Translations under genes and position numbers: made by a program
In this document: positions 18,001 to 21,847 of the stretch, piece after piece
How the letters are laid out: each line of letters starts with the position of its first letter
How positions within the stretch are numbered: the stretch's first letter is position 1
Assembly (NCBI GenBank): GCA_030765125.1
Contig: JAVCDD010000180.1
Span: 7,033-71,032 of the forward strand
DNA from: Candidatus Hatepunaea meridiana
GTDB taxonomy: Bacteria; Electryoneota; AABM5-125-24; Hatepunaeales; Hatepunaeaceae
Length of the DNA stretch: 64,000 nt
Direction of reading: 5' to 3'
Notes under the pieces: generated by a model
The model's database searches: none
What the model saw: the letters and a program-made list of their open reading frames with translations, nothing else
Told to the model about the DNA's origin: nothing

Positions 18001-19862
18001 AATGTTCCCATATCGGCGCGTGTGCCGTCCGGGTCTTCTGGGGAGTCAGGATCACCTGTATCGATACAGGGGCTGTCGTCAGTCAGGTGATAATCATTAT
18101 TGTCGGGATCGGCAAATAAAGGATCCGTGTCGATGTTGCCTGCACCTGCATACCCACCCTGGACATCGGAGTAGGTAATCGTTTGATTGGCTGGTATATC
18201 GGGTGGATCGTTATCCCAGAAAATCGAGTTAACCATATTAACAACTGCACCGCTGAAAATGCTCAAAGCTCCGTTGCCTTGATCGGCGCTATTGCCTGTT
18301 AAGGTGATGTTTCGTATAGTAGGGCGGGCGTTGGCGTAAGCAATTATTCCTCCGCCTCGATTGACGGCGTTGTTGCCGGTTATCAGGAGATGATCCAGCG
18401 TCGGGGCAGAACCATTACAGAGTATTCCCGCTCCGAAGTTAGCCCTGCCATTGAAGATAGTAAAACCTGACAGGATGGAGTTCACTGTCTCACCGTTGGC
18501 AAAGGTTACTACACTCGTGTTATTCGCATCGCCGTCAATAATAGTTGATTCAACATAATCCGCATCACCCGTTGTAATAAAAAGGCTGCCGACAAGGATT
18601 TCCTTGCCGCTAAAGTTAATATTCTCCGTGTAAGTTCCGGGAGCAACCAGTACAGTATCCGTATCAAGCGCATTATCAATAGCTTCTTGTATAGTATCAT
18701 AATCATCCGGCACGTCTATTCTGTGATCGCGGGGTTCTACGCCCGTTCCTGTTAAAGCAACGTCAAGTTCTTCCTGGTCCGGGTCGTCGGAGGTAATAAT
18801 TAGCGTTCCCTGATAATCCTGCGTTTCCTCAGGGGCAAAGGTTACAATTACATCATAACTGTTATCCGGGTCGATAACTACTTCATCTTCTTCAAAGTCA
18901 TGCGTGAAACCATCTTCATGAATGGTAATATCCATTACAGTCAAGTCGGTGCGTCCAATATTGCTTATAGTAAGAGTTAATTCAGCGTTTTGTTCAAGCT
19001 CAACATCCCCAAAGTTAAGCTCAGCCGGTGACACGGCAATATTCGGTTCTTCCGGCTGATCGAAGTAGAACGCGCCCATATCGGCGCGTGTCTCGTCGGG
19101 ATCATCGTCTGAATTGGGGTCTCCGGTGTCAATACAGGGGGAGTTCTCTGTGATGTAAAAATCACCTTCACCAGGATCGACAAACAACGGATCCTGGTTG
19201 ATGTTTCCATTACCGGCATAACCACCCTGGATGTCGGAATATGTAACGGTCATCCCATTGGGTCTTCCGGCGGGTTGGTTGCCATAGGATATGCAGTTGA
19301 CCATATTAGCCGAGGCGCCGCCGTAGACATGAATTCCCCCATTGCCGCCTTCAGCCGTATTGTTGGCAATCGTAATGTTGGTCAAACTGGGAAGAGCGTC
19401 GCTGGTGCAATAGATGCCACCTCCCCACCTGGCAGCGTGGTTTCCGGTAATGAGCAGATGATCCAGCGTCGGTCGAGCGTTGTTAATGTATAGTCCACCA
19501 CCGTAATTTGCCGAACCGTTTGTGATCGTAAGACCAATCAACCGCGCTTCCGCGCCTACACCACCGCGAATTGAAACAATAGTACCACCACCACCGCCAT
19601 CGATGATAGTATTTTCGATGTGCTCCGGATCGTTTTCGTTCAGGTAGAGACTGGCAACGGTGATTTCCTTATCCAGGAAATTGATGTTTTCAACGTATCT
19701 ACCGGGCTGAATCAGCACGACATCGCCGTCTTCAGCTTCGATTATCGCTTCCTGAATGGTTTCAAAGTCGTCAGGAACGTTTATCACCTCAGCGTAAACG
19801 GTTGATACACCTGTGATTATTGCAAGTATAAAAGTAATAATTAGAGGAAATTTAGGACGCAT
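1..19862 (-). CDS. Giant secreted multidomain surface protein; N-terminus complete, C-terminus beyond the left window edge (>=6620 codons)
   Basis: Absent from the ORF track, which appears to list only ORFs with a stop in the window. The ATG is at 19862-19860 on the minus strand, followed by the signal-like peptide [24 protein letters not shown]. I hand-translated 1-2700 codon by codon and read through the rest. The nine V-P-D-D module starts (first bases 19778, 18713, 17342, 15971, 14900, 13529, 11243, 8036, 5144) and the RRD codons at 2498 and 1796 all share one phase (coordinate mod 3 = 2). A stop in that phase would have produced a listed ORF starting at 19862, and none is listed. Confidence 0.85.
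   Translation of the reverse strand, partial: [6620 protein letters not shown]
1026..1060 (-). repeat. Heptanucleotide tandem repeat (TGGATTT)2(TGAATGT)2, in frame in the giant ORF
   Basis: Units attttgg (1026-1032, 1033-1039), attttga (1040-1046), atgttga (1047-1053) and atgtcag (1054-1060). Verified translation is ...[22 protein letters not shown]. Confidence 0.8.
1817..1865 (-). repeat. Heptanucleotide tandem repeat (TGAATGT)4 plus degenerate flanking units, in frame in the giant ORF
   Basis: Perfect units lie at 1824-1830, 1831-1837, 1838-1844 and 1845-1851. Degenerate units are tgaattt (1817-1823), tgattat (1852-1858) and tgattcg (1859-1865). The stretch translates on the minus strand as [28 protein letters not shown]. 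Confidence 0.85.
2511..2600 (-). mobile_element. 90-bp palindromic element (family A, GGGGACAGTATACC core) lying in frame inside the giant ORF
   Basis: The perfect 27-bp arms are gaaatagggggacagtatacctatttc (2511-2537) and its reverse complement (2574-2600). The arms are identical to the intergenic copy at 23858-23944. The 36-nt loop resembles that copy's loop in inverted orientation. Codon-by-codon translation gives [31 protein letters not shown] with no stop. Confidence 0.75.
3215..4110 (-). repeat. LVIVD-repeat beta-propeller block 4
   Basis: Repeats such as [25 protein letters not shown] and [25 protein letters not shown]. Confidence 0.7.
5795..6685 (-). repeat. LVIVD-repeat beta-propeller block 3
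   Basis: Repeats such as [24 protein letters not shown] and [23 protein letters not shown]. Confidence 0.7.
6783..6809 (-). repeat. REP-like 27-mer (GTAG head + GACAGACA/TGTCTGTC hairpin) inside the giant ORF
   Basis: The plus strand reads gacagacaggaatgtctgtcctaccgg. The minus strand reads ccGGTAGGACAGACATTCCTGTCTGTC and codes PVGQTFLSV within an Ig-like domain. It is identical to 11373-11399 and near-identical to intergenic copies at 35287, 35349 and 56611. Confidence 0.8.
9000..9885 (-). repeat. LVIVD-repeat beta-propeller block 2
   Basis: Repeats such as [25 protein letters not shown] and [25 protein letters not shown]. Confidence 0.7.
11373..11399 (-). repeat. Second identical copy of the REP-like 27-mer inside the giant ORF
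   Basis: Same 27-mer as 6783-6809, coding [15 protein letters not shown]. A degenerate relative, gacagacaaggatgtccgtcccacc, lies at 11501-11525. Confidence 0.8.
11600..12475 (-). repeat. LVIVD-repeat beta-propeller block 1
   Basis: Translation shows about 7 repeats of the form AYVAD..[24 protein letters not shown], matching my memory of the PF08309 LVIVD consensus. Confidence 0.7.
12465..17348 (-). repeat. Tandem duplication, two units of 2442 bp (beta-helix + 2 Ig + beta-helix + 1 Ig) inside the giant ORF
   Basis: Module starts 17342/14900 and 15971/13529 are each exactly 2442 bp apart. A 60-nt stretch I compared (16981-17040 vs 14539-14598) matches at 55/60. The antisense shadow ORFs 13531..14277 and 16150..16719 have near-identical translations. 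Confidence 0.8.
17349..18719 (-). repeat. Partial third copy (1371-bp sub-unit: beta-helix + 2 Ig) of the tandem repeat
   Basis: The module start at 18713 lies 1371 bp from 17342. The shadow ORF 17794..18090 is near-identical in translation to the corresponding parts of 16150..16719 and 13531..14277. Confidence 0.7.
19794..19862 (-). other. Predicted signal peptide of the giant ORF
   Basis: Translation [32 protein letters not shown] has a basic N-terminus, a hydrophobic core and a VYA-type cleavage motif. No predictor was run. Confidence 0.55.
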
Positions 19863-19910
19863 GATGGGTACCTTTTGTATGATTTCTCGATTGAATTGTG
19901 AAGGTTATGA

Positions 19911-19927
19911 TTGTAGATTATCTACAA
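19911..19927. promoter_or_regulatory. 17-bp perfect palindrome upstream of the giant ORF start (candidate operator)
   Basis: The sequence ttgtagat-t-atctacaa lies 49-65 nt upstream of the ATG at 19862. I recognise no known binding motif. Confidence 0.2.
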
Positions 19928-20002
19928 AACAGCATTATAATTTAACTCTAAACCAGGTTCAAAGTCAAGTCTTTTCATAAGATGAAAATAGAAACTGAAA
20001 TC

Positions 20003-20078
20003 GAGAGACAGTATGCTTGTTTTTACCCATTTCCTTAATAAAGTTCCAGATTGTAATAAAATCAGGTATACTGTCCCC
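20003..20078. repeat. Family A hairpin element (diverged copy)
   Basis: The arms are gagagacagtatgcttgttttt (20003-20024) and aaaatcaggtatactgtcccc (20058-20078), imperfectly complementary. They share the GACAGTAT core with the copies at 2511 and 23858. Confidence 0.55.
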
Positions 20079-20317
20079 GATTCCTTGATTCCTGTGAATA
20101 GATTTACCAATAGGTGTGAATCAGATTCGCATTTGAAAGGATAAAAACGTGTTCAGTTTAAACTGTTAGAGGATATGCTTTGAGTTACCAGTAGGAAGAA
20201 ATGATAACTTGAAACAGATAATAATAACCTAATAAGATGTGCAAAAACCTTGCCGGTTTATTCTATCACTGCGTTGAAAGGAAGCGTCGGGAAGGGCAGA
20301 CATTCTTGTCCGTCACG

Positions 20318-20704
20318 TTAATGATCTTTGTGTTTGTAGTGTCTCTTCCCTTGAGCAGAGCTAACGCTTATCTTCAACGTAGAAGTTGTAATCGGAGGAA
20401 CAAGATCGTTTTTTACCTTCTCAACAGCTTCTCTGACTTTCATACCATGACAAGAATAGACTGTCCAGCCGAAGTTGGCACAATTAGTGAAAGCTCCCGG
20501 TCCAATGTTGCCTACGATGATGCGACCTATATTCATACCTTGAAAACTATCCAAGCCGCGGAATGGTTCTTTTTCTCCTCCGCCCCTTATCGCACTAAAT
20601 TCCATCGTTTCAGGATCAACTATCAGATAATAGGATGCGTGACCGAAGCGTTTGTGAATCTTTGCATCTAAGCTTGGTTCGGTTGCGGTTACTAAGTATT
20701 TCAT
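20318..20704 (-). CDS. NifX/NifB-like (dinitrogenase Fe-Mo cofactor biosynthesis domain, PF02579-type) small protein
   Basis: A 128-aa ORF. HKRFGHASYYLIVDPETMEF and RIIVGNIGPGAF fit the HFGxaxxFxixD ... iG.ga pattern of this family. Confidence 0.7.
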   Translation of the reverse strand: MKYLVTATEPSLDAKIHKRFGHASYYLIVDPETMEFSAIRGGGEKEPFRGLDSFQGMNIGRIIVGNIGPGAFTNCANFGWTVYSCHGMKVREAVEKVKNDLVPPITTSTLKISVSSAQGKRHYKHKDH

Positions 20705-20724
20705 TGTGTTTTCCTTGATAATAA

Positions 20725-20802
20725 ACGTACTGAGTGCGCGCTTTAGGGCGTAAAGTTAATAATATAAACATAGTCAACACGCACTAAAGTGCGCACTCTG
20801 AA
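20725..20802. repeat. Family B long hairpin (TTCAGAGTGCGCGC..GCGCGCACTCTGAA type) between cistrons
   Basis: The arms gtactgagtgcgcgctttagggcgt and acgcactaaagtgcgcactctgaac are related to the hairpins at 50143-50226 and 50667-50760. Confidence 0.7.
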
Positions 20803-21824
20803 CACATGTATCGTTTAGGACAATCTCTACAGGGAACCGGTGGAAAATCGGAATTGACAGCTTTACGGAAATCGTGATATTCCTTACTATGCCAGATCGT
20901 AGAAAGAGACTGTTTGTTAATATTCCCAAATGTGAGAGGTTGATAATTATACTCTATTTTACCACTATAGTATAGAGCATTCTCAACTGGTAAACAAGTG
21001 AATACACAGGGAGATATATCACCGTTTGAAGATACGAAAAGAGCATTCTGTGAGCGCTCTGTGCATTGGGAAAGGTAGTTTTCCGGAGATCGTATCCGGT
21101 AATGTATTCTAACATTATTATCCGCTGCTGAACGTACAATCGTATCAAGTTGTACACATAGTTCATTAAATTCATTCATCGTTTTCGGCGCTATGGTCTC
21201 ACCGACAAGTTGAGTGGATGGAACGAAATCCAGTGTACTGATGATTCCTTCACTGACACCTGTTCCCTTCAACAACTCCGGCAGATTGTATATTTCATTC
21301 AATCCGCTTCGTAAAAGCAAATATGCAATATGAACTCTTGGCAGGTTCGATCCGTTCTTTTTCTTCAACCTGTCTAACTTGCGGATGGTTGTCAAGACCT
21401 GGTCAAGAGTTGTTCCAACTCGTATCCTGTCATTAGCTTCAGTTGCACCTGCCAGCGAGAATGCAATAATATCAATTTGACTAACTACCAAATGATCAAG
21501 CATTTCATCATCCAGGAGCATTCCATTAGTAGAAGTGCCTACTGTACAACCACTTTCCTTCACCATTGTTGCCATTTCAAAGAAGTTACGATTCATAAAC
21601 GGTTCACCCCAACCTTGCAAGAAAACCAAGCGGGTTTTACTGAAAACAGGTTGCAGCCGCTCGAAAGTACTCAACGGCATATATCGGTTTTGCCAACTAT
21701 CACGGTAAATGGTGTGAGGACAATAGATACAGGAAGCATTGCAGTAAGAGCTGATCTCAACCTGTATCCAATCTAAACGGGGGTTGCGTAGAGAAGTCCA
21801 TTGGTTTTGCAGATGTTTGAACAT
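20784..21824 (-). CDS. Radical SAM protein with C-terminal SPASM-type Cys cluster
   Basis: A 346-aa ORF. The CxxxCxxC motif is in EISSYCNASCIYCPH. The C-terminal cysteines are SPCVFTC and CRDCPKRYMCSEC (Cx2Cx5Cx2C). Confidence 0.85.
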   Translation of the reverse strand: MFKHLQNQWTSLRNPRLDWIQVEISSYCNASCIYCPHTIYRDSWQNRYMPLSTFERLQPVFSKTRLVFLQGWGEPFMNRNFFEMATMVKESGCTVGTSTNGMLLDDEMLDHLVVSQIDIIAFSLAGATEANDRIRVGTTLDQVLTTIRKLDRLKKKNGSNLPRVHIAYLLLRSGLNEIYNLPELLKGTGVSEGIISTLDFVPSTQLVGETIAPKTMNEFNELCVQLDTIVRSAADNNVRIHYRIRSPENYLSQCTERSQNALFVSSNGDISPCVFTCLPVENALYYSGKIEYNYQPLTFGNINKQSLSTIWHSKEYHDFRKAVNSDFPPVPCRDCPKRYMCSECAL

Positions 21825-21847
21825 TTGGGGTTTGGGTTTAGCGTGGT

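Larger units (their letters stand above)
4411..19785 (-). repeat. Nine right-handed beta-helix modules (DUF1565/pectate-lyase-like N-terminal motif) interleaved with Ig-like domains
   Basis: Each module starts with (I/N)VPDD(Y/F)xTIQEAIxxAxxGDTVLVxPGTYxENINFxGKxI and ends with DPLFxDxxNxDYxLxxxSPCIDxGDPxxxxDPDxTRADMGA. Approximate spans are 19045-19785, 17977-18719, 16606-17348, 15232-15977, 14164-14907, 12785-13535, 10510-11250, 7291-8042 and 4411-5150. The domains between them fit the pattern LxFGxVxxxxxxxLxLTIxNxGxxDLTVSDIxIxGxxFSSDF...VTFxPxxxGDFxGTLTIxSDDPDxxE (choice-of-anchor-D/ASH-type Ig). Confidence 0.7.

Noticed and set aside
12465-18719. CRISPR array or other regular repeat-spacer structure
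   Set aside because: The periodicities are about 300 bp and 1.07, 1.37 and 2.44 kb, and they correspond to protein domains. There are no short direct repeats with unique spacers, and no cas genes anywhere in the window. The 7-8 bp arrays are far too short.
186-19805. About 60 plus-strand ORFs in the track (for example 5146..5844, 8551..9054, 13531..14277, 16150..16719), mostly Ser/Thr/Pro-rich
   Set aside because: They are antisense shadows of the giant minus-strand ORF. They are low-complexity, show no domain motifs, and their mutual similarity simply mirrors the real repeats on the other strand.
1-19862. Possibility that the missing track entry means the region is a pseudogene or frameshifted
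   Set aside because: All checked landmarks over 18 kb are in one phase. The three suspicious linker regions (1000-1200, 1780-1880, 2480-2640) translate without stops when read codon by codon. Omission from the track is explained by the absence of a stop in the window.
20237-20671. 144-aa plus-strand ORF
   Set aside because: It is antisense to the NifX-like gene, which has a good family motif. Its N-terminus is translated from a REP-like hairpin (REGQTFLSV).
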